A DNA stretch of 64,000 bases, taken from contig CATNEN010000014.1 in assembly GCA_950097015.1 (NCBI GenBank), forward strand, positions 186,001-250,000. The letters run 5' to 3'. The notes below the pieces were generated by a model. That model had not been told where the DNA came from. It ran no database searches and worked only from the letters and a program-made list of their open reading frames with translations. The translations under genes were made by a program, and so were the position numbers. Numbering within the stretch: the first letter of the stretch is position 1; every line of letters begins with the position of its first letter. This document shows positions 11,770 through 24,018 of this stretch, one piece after another. The DNA comes from Macrostomum hystrix (lineage: Eukaryota > Animalia > Platyhelminthes).

Positions 11770-14700
11770 ATGCCTTCAGCTCCAATGCTTGGCGACCACC
11801 TTCTGCTGCCAGCGCAAACCTTCTCCGACTGGGGTCTTCGCATTCTGCAGCCCGTCCTGCTGCAGTCAAAGCACTGCTGCTCGGTGTTTCCTTGCCCAGG
11901 TGCCACCCAGCAGCTTCAGAAGACTGCCATAAGTTCCAGGATTTGCCTCGGGCATCTGCCGCTGACTACCTGCCAGCGGTTTTGTCTCGATGCCGACCCT
12001 GCCTCGCCTCCTGCAGAGCTGGTACTGCATGTCAACCCGGCCTGCCCGAACCCCATCGTTGCTGAGGTTGCAACAGTGAAATTGGAGTGCGAGGCGATGC
12101 CCGCCAACAGAGGACTACTGCTTAAGATTCTGAAGCACAGGCTACGTAAGTATACTTATTTAATCAGTGGTTTAGTTTTTTATATCGAAAATTTTTTTTT
12201 CTGATAGCACTAGGAGATAACTGCGCCAACAAAATGTGCCCATCTGCTGCTTCTTTTCTTTCTGGCACACCTCAGGCAACTGCTACGTGACAGAGGGTAG
12301 CGTAAATAGCTTTAATATTCTTGGCGTTGAAGTGGCCTTGCGCTTCTCCAACATCTCGCCGCCACCACCGGCAGTCATCGCTGCCGTTGCATCAGCCGAC
12401 TCTGAGCTGACCCTGTCGAACTCGCTCGCTGCACACTGTTCCATCAGCGACTCTCCGCAGCCCCAGCCATCAACTCCGGAGCTGTCGTCTGCCTCGTCAG
12501 AGACGCCAAAGCGAAACCGCAAAACGCCACGAACTGGTAGCGGTGCGCCCGCCGAAGCAACTCCAGGCACAGGCACCTGTGCTGGCGGCCTCGACCTGTC
12601 AGACTATCGCCAGTTCTCCGTATCGCTTCGGCTCGCTGTCAGCACGGTTGATTGTCACCAGCCATACCGAATAGTTGACGACACCAGACTTGTTTGGGAG
12701 GCTCCGGACTCAGAAGTCACATCGCAGCCGACTGGCAGCGAAGAGTTGCCGGAACTGTTCGGCCTGGATTTTCAGGAAGAGCAGCTCCGTGCTGCAGTTG
12801 CGCAGTTTATGTCGGAACTGTCGAGCCATGCCGGCTTTGCCTTCACCGGAGTTTTCCTTTGCGGGCCGCGTGGCTGCGGCAAGGCTAGCCTCGCAACCAG
12901 CGTCTGCCGTCGTCTCCACTGCCCGCTGCTTCGGCTTGACCGGCACCGCCTTCTAGGCCGCTACCTAGGCCAGGCCGAGTCCAACCTGAGCGCAACGCTT
13001 CAACAGGCAGCCGCTGGGTATGCCATGCTACTGGCAGTAGTGAGCTAATTGCAGCATATTTAGTTTTATGTACCTTATTTTATGCTAGGCAGACTTCTGC
13101 TGTTTTAGACTTCTAATCGATATTGCAGGGTGTTGGAACCAAAGGGTATGAGCTCCCTATATTTAGGCATGATCCTGCTTGTGCCGTTACGAATTCGAAA
13201 AACTTCGGTGGTCAGGGGTAGGATTTTCGGTTTTGGTTTGACGTCCTATCTCGCCCGTCTTGCCACCTAGCTCGTTGACCTTGAACCCATCTATACATGG
13301 AACATTAACTCCTCCTCGTGGTCAGGCGTGGAAAAAATTCTGTTTTGTTTTGAAGCTTGAGGTAATTTTGCAATTGACAAGCCTTTTGCCTACTTTACTG
13401 CAGCCGCGGCACTTATTGTTGCGTTGCTTGCAGCTCTGGCGCAGTTGCGCGCCGCCTGTCGAATTAGCCGGGTTTGTCTGGTGTCCTTTCTTTGGAGCTG
13501 TGCTGCTTCCAATGGCGTGCAGTCTGCTGTGAAGCCTCGCCATGAAGACTCCGCCATATCGCTGGACGATCTTTGAGCAGACTCGAGATCCACAGCAAGC
13601 TTGATCCTCTTGCAGGAATGGTCGGAATTATCCGGATACTGATTTCGGTGTCGCTTCTCTAAAACCGAATTTTCAGTGTGTTAAGGCAGATATGAGGTTC
13701 GCCCGAAAGTTGGCAAAGGATTCACCCTTAAGCTGGCCATGACATAAGAATTCAGATAGCACTACAACTTTCGAGTTGCCAACTTGACGGCTCTGAAGAA
13801 CGTTGCTTATTCAGAATGTCCTTCGAGTCTTGGTAGAACTGGTTGCTTGGAATTGGCTTTTGATAAATCGATCTTGTTGCAAATATAATAGTTTTATTCG
13901 CTCTACGTTTATTGCGAATACGAAGTAAGTTACAATTGAGCTCTGTAATCCGACCTCATGACTTTATCGTCATTGTGACAGATTAAGCCCTCGACAGATG
14001 CGAGACCTCGTCTTTTATTGTACATTCCAGTAGAAAGGTTTTAACTTCTAAGAGTTTGCTAAGCATTTCTTGCTCGCATTTAGAGAAAATGCTCCGCGGG
14101 CAAATCTCGTCTGGCAATTAGTGTACAGTCAATTGATTTGCAGTCAAATCTCTTGCGGGCTACGCATCTGCAGTAAAATATGATAAGATAGAATCACATT
14201 GTGCGCTAATAGAAAATTAAGTGCAGTATCGAATGCATCAATGCACCTAAACACATTTTCAGACGTAGCTCCTGCCTTCTCATCGAGGACATCGACGACC
14301 AGTTTGGCGAAGCTAAGGCCAACAGCGCAGGTGTGGACAGCCGCTTGAGGCAGGTTCTCGCGTCGGAGCTCGACCGGCTGAGCCACGGCAGCCGCCTACT
14401 GCTTTTGGCCACCGGCTCGGACCTGAAGAGCCTGGATGAGCGACTGCGCGGCCTATTCCAGCTGCACATTCCCGTGCCGCTGCCCACAGGTGAAGCTAAG
14501 GCCAGGGTGAGTTGCATGAACTAGTATTTTGTTCTGGGCTTTGTTGTGGCTGTCACTGAATATTTTACAACTTCCGAAATCAACAGCTTATGGAGCGACA
14601 GCTTAGCCGCCTGCCAGAGCAGCTTCGTCCCTCCGATCCAAACCTGGTGCGGCAGTTCGCTTCCAAAGTGCATGGCTACTCAGCCTCTGAGCTCGTCAGT

Positions 14701-16208
14701 CTGTGCAAGCTGGGTGAGCCAAATTTTGTGTCTACAATGTTGTTACTATAAAGCCTTTCGTAAGTAAGTTCTTTATAGCAGTCTAAATTTCAGCCCTTGT
14801 GTTTCAAATTTGGTATGCGCAAGTTTTATGGGCTGGAAAACAGAATCTGGCTTTGTGCATGCCCCTCTAGCCCCTGAGCGAACAATGATATTTTCAGAAC
14901 AATTTCATATTGCTTAATGTTTTGCCTTGTTCTATTTTTAACCAGTTTTAACCAGTCAAAGCAAAAAGTTTGAACGTTCGCTCGTATCATGCTTGCTTAC
15001 CCAGCAACTTACCCCAAATCTAGTATAACTCTCTGTAATTTAATGCGTCATCCTTTAACAATAATTCTAATTTCCCCGACCTGCCAGCTGTGCATGTCAG
15101 CCGTACTGCCGGCCGCCCTCGTCTAGGTTCCTGCGACCTTAATGAGGCGTTACGCAGCTTCCGGCCCTCGGGTGTGCAGGCCCTGCTAACCAGCGCCGAC
15201 AGGGTTGCATGGGAGGACATTGGCGGGCTAGATGAGCTAAAGCGGATGCTGCGGGAGCGGGTTCTCGCGCCCCTGCTGGAACCCGACCGATTCGCCAAGT
15301 TTGGCCTGCGACCGCCAGCGGGTCTGCTGTTGTACGGGCCGCCCGGTTGCTGCAAGACCATGATGGCCAAAGCCGTGGCCACAGAGTGCGGTCTGCCCTT
15401 CATTGCAGTCCAGTGTGCTGACGTCTACTCGAGGTGAACGCTCAGTTTTCCCGCGAGCAGTTATCTGAAACGTTTACTTATAGGCTAGTTGTCATTGATA
15501 CTCTTTAGAAAAAAATAAATCCAGTATAGTTCTTCGTTGTCCGTTATCCTGGTAGTTCGTCCATTTGCTGCTCCTGCTGCTCATGCACTCTACAGATACG
15601 TTGGCGACTCAGAGCGGTCTATACGAGAGCTGCTAACCCGCGCTCGGGCAGCCGCCCCGGCCGTGCTGTTTCTAGATGAAGTTGATGCCCTCCTGCCCAC
15701 TCGCGGCAGCGGAGGCGGCGACTCCAGCGGCGACAGCGTCGGACATCGCGTGCTTTCGGAAGTGCTGACGCTATTAGACGGTGTATCAGGCCGGTCGCGG
15801 TTGTTTGTGCTTGCGGCCACGAACCGCCCGGAGTGCGTGGACCCAGCACTACTTCGTCCGGGCCGACTGGACCGCCTGATCTTTGTGCCGCTTCCCGATG
15901 AGGCCGCCCGTCGTAAGATCCTGGTTGTGGCCGCTGCCCGCATGCCCCAGTGCAATGAGAGCGAGAGTGATGCAGTTGAAGACGCAATTTCGAAGGTAGC
16001 GGCCCGCACCGAAGGATTCAGTGGAGCGGAGCTGACGGCGCTCGTGTCGGAAGCGGCGGCCGAGTCGGCCCAGGGTGGACTATCTGGCCTGAGCTGGCGC
16101 CTGGCGCTACAGCTGCTGGACGCGGGGCGAGTACGGCCGCGGACCTCTGCGATTGCAATGAACGGCTATATGAGATTCGCCGAGTCTCACGGCTGCGGAG
16201 GCTTCTGA
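11770..16208 (+). CDS. AFG2/SPATA5-family (CDC48-related) double-AAA ATPase. Exons 11770-12145, 12276-13017, 14263-14506, 14587-14713, 15088-15433, 15596-16208
   Basis: All phases join with GT-AG introns. D2 has WEDIGGL, Walker A GPPGCCKT (the GPPGCxKT form recalled for AFG2-type D2), YVGDSE, Walker B LFLDEVD and SRH ATNRPECVDPALLRPGRLD. D1 has GPRGCGKA and LLIEDID. AFG2A versus AFG2B is not resolved. Confidence 0.9.
13200..13900 (-). pseudogene. Degenerate Ty3/Gypsy gag fragment in intron 2 of the AAA gene
   Basis: Minus-strand QLKGESFANFRANL...*KFGF resembles the gag segment QEEGESIDAWHSRL...CKF of the intact element at 27-31 kb. A decayed zinc knuckle CKQRNNKCRGCSKVG..C follows. Stops and frameshifts are present; boundaries are approximate. 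Confidence 0.5.
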
Positions 16209-16368
16209 TTTTGTCAGCTAAAACTGGAATGCTCTGCTTGAAATGTATTGTACACTGGCCGTGTTAGTCTGCACTGTTCGAGTTATATACTGATGACTGA
16301 CAGTCGCTGCATTTGATTATCTTACTCCTTTCTGGAAATCCCGCCACTTACTCGGCTTGTCTCAGTTT

Positions 16369-17997
16369 TTTTCGGATGATATGTTTGAACGTGTGTTGCA
16401 CTGCATTATGCTAGTTATCAGATAAGTCCTATATTTTCGGATGATATGTTTGAACGCGTGTTGCACTGCATTATGCTAGTTATCAGATAAATCCTATATT
16501 TTCGGATGATATGTTTGAACGTGTGTTGCACTGCATTATGCTAGTTATCAGATAAATCCTATATTTTCGGATGATATGTTTGAACGTGTGTTGCACTGCA
16601 TTATGCTAGTTATCAGATAAATCCTATATTTTCGGATATGTTTGAACGCGTGTTGCACTGCATTATGCTAGTTATCAGATAAATCCTATATTTTCGGATG
16701 ATATGTTTGAACGTGTGTTGCACTGCATTATGCTAGTTATCAGATAAGTCCTATATTTTCGGATGATATGTTTGAACGCGTGTTGCACTGCATTATGCTA
16801 GTTATCAGATAAATCCTATATTTTCGGATGATATGTTTGAACGTGTGTTGCACTGCATTATGCTAGTTATCAGATAAATCCTATATTTTCGGATGATATG
16901 TTTGAACGTGTGTTGCACTGCATTATGCTAGTTATCAGATAAATCCTATATTTTCGGATATGTTTGAACGCGTGTTGCACTGCATTATGCTAGTTATCAG
17001 ATAAATCCTATATTTTCGGATGATATGTTTGAGCGTGTGTTGCACTGCATTATGCTAGTTATCAGATAAATCCTATATTTTCGGATGATATGTTTGAACG
17101 TGTGTTGCACTGCATTATGCTAGTTATCAGATAAATCCTATATTTTCGGATGATATGTTTGAACGCGTGTTGCACTGCATTATGCTAGTTATCAGATAAA
17201 TCCTATATTTTCGGATGATATGTTTGAACGTGTGTTGCACTGCATTATGCTAGTTATCAGATAAATCCTATATTTTCGGATGATATGTTTGAACGTGTGT
17301 TGCACTGCATTATGCTAGTTATCAGATAAATCCTATATTTTCGGATGATATGTTTGAACGTGTGTTGCACTGCATTATGCTAGTTATCAGATAAATCCTA
17401 TATTTTCGGATGATATGTTTGAACGTGTGTTGCACTGCATTATGCTAGTTATCAGATAAATCCTATATTTTCGGATGATATGTTTGAACGTGTGTTGCAC
17501 TGCATTATGCTAGTTATCAGATAAATCCTATATTTTCGGATGATATGTTTGAACGCGTGTTGCACTGCATTATGCTAGTTATCAGATAAATCCTATATTT
17601 TCGGATGATATGTTTGAACGTGTGTTGCACTGCATTATGCTAGTTATCAGATAAATCCTATATTTTCGGATGATATGTTTGAACGTGTGTTGCACTGCAT
17701 TATGCTAGTTATCAGATAAGTCCTATATTTTCGGATGATATGTTTGAACGTGTGTTGCACTGCATTATGCTAGTTATCAGATAAATCCTATATTTTCGGA
17801 TGATATGTTTGAACGTGTGTTGCACTGCATTATGCTAGTTATCAGATAAGTCCTATATTTTCGGATGATATGTTTGAACGTGTGTTGCACTGCATTATGC
17901 TAGTTATCAGATAAATCCTATATTTTCGGATGATATGTTTGAACGTGTGTTGCACTGCATTATGCTAGTTATCAGATAAATCCTATATTTTCGGATG
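16369..17997. repeat. Tandem array, 65-bp unit, about 25 copies
   Basis: TTTTCGGATGATATGTTTGAACGTGTGTTGCACTGCATTATGCTAGTTATCAGATAAATCCTATA. Very homogeneous, with occasional 3-bp-deleted units; starts about 160 bp after the AAA stop codon. Confidence 0.97.
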
Positions 17998-18107
17998 TCT
18001 TTTGCATGTAAAATTGGCAAGGCCGTTTTGTCACAATGGCACATAGCTTGTCACTCATTTGGTTTTGGCCACAGACAGACAAAGAAAACTTGATTCATTC
18101 GCAGTCA

Positions 18108-18210
18108 CAGATTCTATATTACCTAATATAGAATATTGGCATTCGCGTCTATATTCTATACTGTATTCTATATTCTATATTGTTATTCTATATTGGTAAT
18201 ATAGAATCTG
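18108..18210. repeat. About 100-bp inverted repeat / hairpin
   Basis: CAGATTCTATATTACCTAATATAGAATA pairs with TATTCTATATTGGTAATATAGAATCTG. The interior is made of ATTCTAT repeats. Confidence 0.75.
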
Positions 18211-20130
18211 TTTTCGCAGTAGCCCCTACTCGTATCAGAGGAGTGAGTCATATTGAGTTCAATCAGATTCAGTTATCATCAATTATTAAATTATTTTGCA
18301 ACCATGAAAAGTGCAATTTTGGAAGGCAAGCTTAGGCCCCGACCCGACGTTGATCTGCCTCGCCAGTGCTGACTCGTCAACAAACGTTCGCTGGGCGGCA
18401 CCAGGCTGCAGCGCAACTGCACCGTCATCTTCCCCGTGTAGCTGAAGCGCTGGTGCCATGGCTGCACTGAATTGTTGCAGTGAGCGATCCCGCCTCTTGG
18501 CTATGCCTTTGTTGTCCAGTCCTCAACGTCGCAGATTCAAGTTGTTCTTCATCTAGCAGCGACAGCGCCGTATTCGAGTTTTCTTGCACAAACTTCTTGG
18601 ATGCAGAAAATTCTTCGTCATGCCGATCAGCCACGGATGATTCCGATGATGAAATCCAACTCCGCGCGGGTTATACAAGTGTATTATCCAACTCGGGAAC
18701 CGGAAGGTTTTGTCAGTGAAAAGGAAATATGCTGTGCCATTACGATGGGTCAGTGCATGATTTGCCAGCGCCTTAATTGCAAATACTCCACTATAGACAC
18801 CGTGACGCGAATTTCTCCAATTTCACTTATCAAGCAAAAATACTAGGCGCAGCTCAACCACAGGACACCATCGCCTAGTCTGTCAACCAATCGGTCACCA
18901 CCCAACGCTTTTAGCATTAAGGCGCTGCCAAAATATATTCTAGTTAAATTCCCCCCAAATTGATTCAAAAACAGGCGGCAATATGGCTTGGTAGTAGCCG
19001 AGCGCAAAATGCTATTTTGAAATTATGAAATTATGTTACAATGTACATGCATATTTACGAGCTAGCTAGTAGATCAATGCAACGACGACGACGTTAAACT
19101 CTAAGAAACGAAAGCGGCTTTTGGCCAGAAAATAAACAGTCTACAGTCTTATCTGTAGATTTTACTGTAGTGGGCTACAACCGCAATATCCGAGGTTGAC
19201 CCCGTATTCATATTGTTAAACTTGCTGAAATTTTGTCTCGCATTACAAAAGTGAGGCACGAAAAGAATTATGAAAGTTTGGAAATATGTCATTTCACAAG
19301 AATAGTAGCAACAATGGTCTTGTGTTCGAGCGAGGAGAACTTTGGTCTTTATGTTCTACTTCCTTCATGTACAGTATGATCGGGCAGAATTCCATTGCAA
19401 CTTTCGAATTTAAAGATAAAAAAAATTTCTTACACTTGCAATTGTGCACCCATACTTTTGCATCTAGTCTTTTCGAACTATAGTTACGAGCAGCAGGAAT
19501 TTTTCATGCATATTTCTCGTCGAAAAAAAGAAACTTCATTTTTAGTGTGCTTTAGGCTTTAGTGGGTTTTAGGAAGTTTTAGTAAAATTCAAAAATATAA
19601 ATAATTTCTAAATTATAAATTTCTACATTTTTTCTACTTTTTTCTAAATTTTCTAAATTGCATATAGCAAATTTCTAAACTAAACGCAACCGCAATCAGC
19701 TACCAGTGTATTATCTGTAGAAGTTATGCGCATTTTTCAGTTGGTTATGAAAATTAAATCTGTTAATTGTCTAATATTTTCGCTCATCATATACAAACGT
19801 ATTGTATTATTGATCGACGCTAATAACCTTTCATAACTGCGGCACAACAATTTTATAGCAAATAAAACCACGCCCAAATAGCATATATAGAAATTCATAA
19901 ATAAATTCGTACATGTAATATGCATTTTGGTTTAGTATGCTTCAAATCTTAACTTTGAAATCTAAACAAGAGAAATAGCTCAGTGTTACTTAGTCAATTT
20001 TGTTTGTGCGGATATCATCACTTGAATGACAACTTGAACGTCATTTGCAAAGGCATTTTCAAGCCGGCCAATCACCACAAAACAATCGCGTTGTCAGCTA
20101 TGTTCAATGCCAATCAGAATCGTGGCATAA

Positions 20131-22675
20131 TTAATTTTCCGTCTTTGACGTGTCTCCGGCAGCAGCATCAGCAGCCTTTGATGCAGCGGATTTTGCCGCC
20201 TCGGTCGCGACGTCAGCCGCCCGCTTGCCGAACTTGGCAGTCAGTGCCGACTTCGCCTTTGTCTCTGCGTCCCCCAGGTTCTGTGCGAGGTCGTCACGAA
20301 GCTGGTCGGAGCGCCGGTCCAGCCGCATGGCGATGGAGGCCAGGTTGCCCAGGCTGGAGATTTCATCGCTGGCATTGGCTGCGGCCATGTCCGGCATCAC
20401 TTGGTCCAGCAGGTGGCTGTTCTCGTAGCACAGGTGGGAGATGTAGTACCTTTTGCGATTGGCAATTAAGTTTAATTGAGTTAGGGCTGTAAATTCTTAT
20501 TGTTTAAAAAAATTTATTTTATAGAATGAAAAAAAATGTTAGTAAACATTTTCACGCTTTTAGTAATATGAACCTAGGTGGTAAGGGAGCTACACCAATT
20601 CAGTTCCACATTAAGCCAATATTAGTGCCACAATAGATAGAAATCTCGATTCATCGAATCTTGTCGATGAATCGGACAAAATTCATCTGCGGATTTCGGC
20701 GTGGTGAAGCTAAAGCTATAGATGCTTGTCTCGTTTGTTGCGTGCAGAAATTAAGGCTGCAAGAATGATGTGCAGCTGAGAGAATCTTGAGCTGGCTCGA
20801 GATGCGTGTTTCCGACCGTAGTTAAGCCTGCATGCACTAGCTGGCTCATCCTCTCAGCCTGCACATATTTTTCCGCCTTCTTTCTGGGACAACCTCGTAT
20901 AAACTTCCTGAAGATCACTTTTTTGATAACTTCTTGACCGATTTTACCTTTTATTTCTACTCGTATGTGAGCGTGAAAAGTCAAAAGAAATGATTTTTTG
21001 CTTTATTCGAGTGTGTAATTCGATTCTGAGGTTCAACTAAGTTTTCTACCATACTTTTAAAAATAGTAGCGGTGCAAATATTGCCGAAAAATGTTATTTC
21101 ATTCTTGACTAAGAGCTAAAATTGATGCTTAAATGAGCTGAAGAAATTCATACCTGTCAGCGAGTCTGTGCGAGAAGTAATCCGAGCAGCCATCTTCCAT
21201 CTCAACGTACCCGGTGGCACCACCACTTCCGAGCAGCGGGAGGCCTTCGTCTGCAGAATCTCGCTTGGGCTGCACCACCAAGCCGAGAATTCTCTGAAAG
21301 TAGTGCGATCGGCACTCCTTGCCGCAGCCAATGAGACATCGCTTGGTGCGACACTGGCGGCAGCGGCAGCCGACCACGAAAGGGAAGTAGTAAAGCAACT
21401 GCCTGGCGGTAGCCAGGAGGCAGAAGGCCAGAAGGGACATGTTTGTAGACCAGCCGACCTCGTACAGACTGGCCTGCAGCAGTACGCAGCTAAAGCGGCT
21501 GTGTGCAGCGATACCGCGTGAGTAAGGTAGGAAGCAGGTGAACCGGTAGCGAATATCCTCGTGCCGGAATCCAGGAAAGAAACCATAGAAAGCCAGCCAC
21601 GCCGCAAGCACTGCCGCCCGCACCAGCTGGAAAGCGCAGTACTGACCTGTGTGCTTCGACTTGCAGTACCAACGCCGCAACCGCCGCTTGAGCGCCGCGT
21701 CGGTTAGTAAATCAGCTTTTGATGGCCTTCCCTGCTGCATCCTTCGATGTCGGCAAGTCTCCTCAGACTCACAGCCGTCGCCATCGCCACCCTCTGCTTC
21801 GTCAGCTAATAGCTTCTTAGATAGCTCCACCACGAACTGCACGTTTTCTCGAAGACACTCACCTGCCGTCTGACTCCAGATGTAATAGGGCAGATAGACT
21901 GTTCCTGCCTGCCTGTGTTTTGAGCATCAAGAGTTTTCACAACATTTCTGTTTGTTTTGCGGCCTTAGCTTATTACCTAAATTCGTTTTTTACTCGTATA
22001 AACAGCATGTTTTGAATAACAAAACATGCGCGAATTCATTTTACCTGGCCAGTAAAGGTAACGTTTCTAAAGACAAAAGTATTCGCAAAAGCACATTGCC
22101 TTTCCTGAAAGATGAACAAGAATGGCAAGTAGAACTGCAGCAGGTAGTGACGCAAGACTCCGTCAAAGCTGGCTGGAATGACTCCGTCCGGCAGGCCAGT
22201 TTGGTCAACGCCACGCGTATAGCAGTAGGACTCTGCGTAAGCTTTGTCCGCCACAGAGACCGTCGCTGCGATCGATGCCGTGCCATTTTCACTGTCTGCG
22301 CCTGCCTCCGTCGTGCAAGTCACCTTAGCTTCTGTAAAAGCAAAATCGAAGGAAAAGTGCAACGGATTAGTGGCCATTTAAGATCAGTACATATTACTTT
22401 CGACTCTGCATACTTCCTATATTACCTCTGTAAGCAACGCGTACATTGACATCGACTATTGGCAAAAAAATTATGAATCGCCATTGGCCCGTATCCTCTG
22501 AGCACTGTCACTTACGGGCTGCGAAGTTGGCCGCCAGAATCGCCACTGCCTGCACGATGACTGTCATGAAAGCAAGTCGGTTGATCAGCCTGTCTATGGG
22601 AAAACTCGCTTTCACGGCGTGTGGCTTGACGAACTGCTCGAGCGAGGACTGCAACGAATTGGCCAGGTTAGACAT
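20131..22675 (-). CDS. Innexin/pannexin-superfamily large-pore channel, pannexin-like. Exons 22675-22516, 22331 to about 22105, about 21908-21154, 20449-20131
   Basis: Spliced protein MSNLANSL...FPIDRLINRLAF(TM1)...AKVTC...AYAESYCY...LQFYLPFLFIFQ-AGTVYLPYYIW(TM2)...NVQFVVELSKK...YCAFQLVRAAVL(TM3)...RFTCF...FSCVL...(TM4)...[12 protein letters not shown]. It has four TMs and two Cys per extracellular loop, the innexin/pannexin topology. The intron 2 donor is non-canonical. Confidence 0.85.
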
Positions 22676-23276
22676 GATTGCTGACAGCGGCTACCCGATT
22701 AATTTTCTAGCCAAAGCCGCGAACCAGTCCACATCACTCAATTGAACTTCCCAGCATATTATAGACAGACAGTAAGAGCCGCAACAGCTGCACGTGCACG
22801 TGCTTCCAAATCCTGGCAACAGGTGCAGCTGAAATTTGGCTGCTCAGTGGAGGTTACGAGAGTCCTGAAGAGATCAGAGATTGTCTGTCGAGATCAAGTT
22901 TAGGCCATGGACGCCGTGAATCCTACGCAATCCTACCTGCATAGTTCCACTTTTCCCCACCGCTTTGACTGGCTAATCTCACATTGAGCTCGTCGGATTA
23001 GTGGAGGAAGACTAATCCCAGGGAATTATTTTAGAGTGCTCTGTCAGGTGCATTAAATGGATTCACCTCCTGCAGACTTAAAGAGTCCATGAGGTTTTAG
23101 CAGTGCTTGTACTATACACGCAGTTCGTAGTAAGCAGTTCTGGATTTAATACTCAACTGTCTGGCCGTCAGTTACTTCGGCGAGCTATCAAAAAGCCGTG
23201 CATGCTTCGCTGGTCAAAAATTAAGTAACTTGAAATAATCTTCAGAGAGCTTCAATAAAGTTAAGAAAGCAAAATA

Positions 23277-24018
23277 GTCTTCAGACTGCCGTTGCTTCAG
23301 ACAAGAGAACCATGGCCATGGTCTTCAGACTGCTGTTGCTTCAGACAAGAGAACCATGGCCATGGTCTTCAGACTGCCGTTGCTTCAGACAAGAGAACCA
23401 TGGCCATGGTCTTCAGACTGCCGTTGCTTCAGACAAGAGAACCCTGGCCATGGTCTTCAGACTGCCGTTGCTTCAGACAAGAGAACCATGGCCATGGTCT
23501 TCAGACTGCTGTTGCTTCAGACAAGAGAACCATGGCCATGGTCTTCAGACTGCTGTTGCTTCAGACAAGAGAACCATGGCCATGGTCTTCAGACTGCCGT
23601 TGCTTCAGACAAGAGAACCATGGCCATGGTCTTCAGACTGCTGTTGCTTCAGACAAGAGAACCATGGCCATGGTCTTCAGACTGCCGTTGCTTCAGACAA
23701 GAGAACCATGGCCATGGTCTTCAGACTGCTGTTGCTTCAGACAAGAGAACCATGGCCATGGTCTTCAGACTGCTGTTGCTTCAGACAAGAGAACCATGGC
23801 CATGGTCTTCAGACTGCTGTTGCTTCAGACAAGAGAACCATGGCCATGGTCTTCAGACTGCTGTTGCTTCAGACAAGAGAACCATGGCCATGGTCTTCAG
23901 ACTGCTGTTGCTTCAGACAAGAGAACCATGGCCATGGTCTTCAGACTGCTGTTGCTTCAGACAAGAGAACCATGGCCATAGTCTTCAGACTACCGTTGCT
24001 TCAGACAAGAGAACCATG
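23277..24018. repeat. Tandem array, 44-bp unit, about 17 copies
   Basis: CCATGGCCATGGTCTTCAGACTGCYGTTGCTTCAGACAAGAGAA. Each unit holds the 14-bp palindrome ACCATGGCCATGGT. Confidence 0.97.

Noticed and set aside
18330-18880. Possible piggyBac remnant (acidic stretch plus CMICQRLNCKY)
   Set aside because: No TTAA-flanked TIRs or catalytic region seen; similarity too weak.
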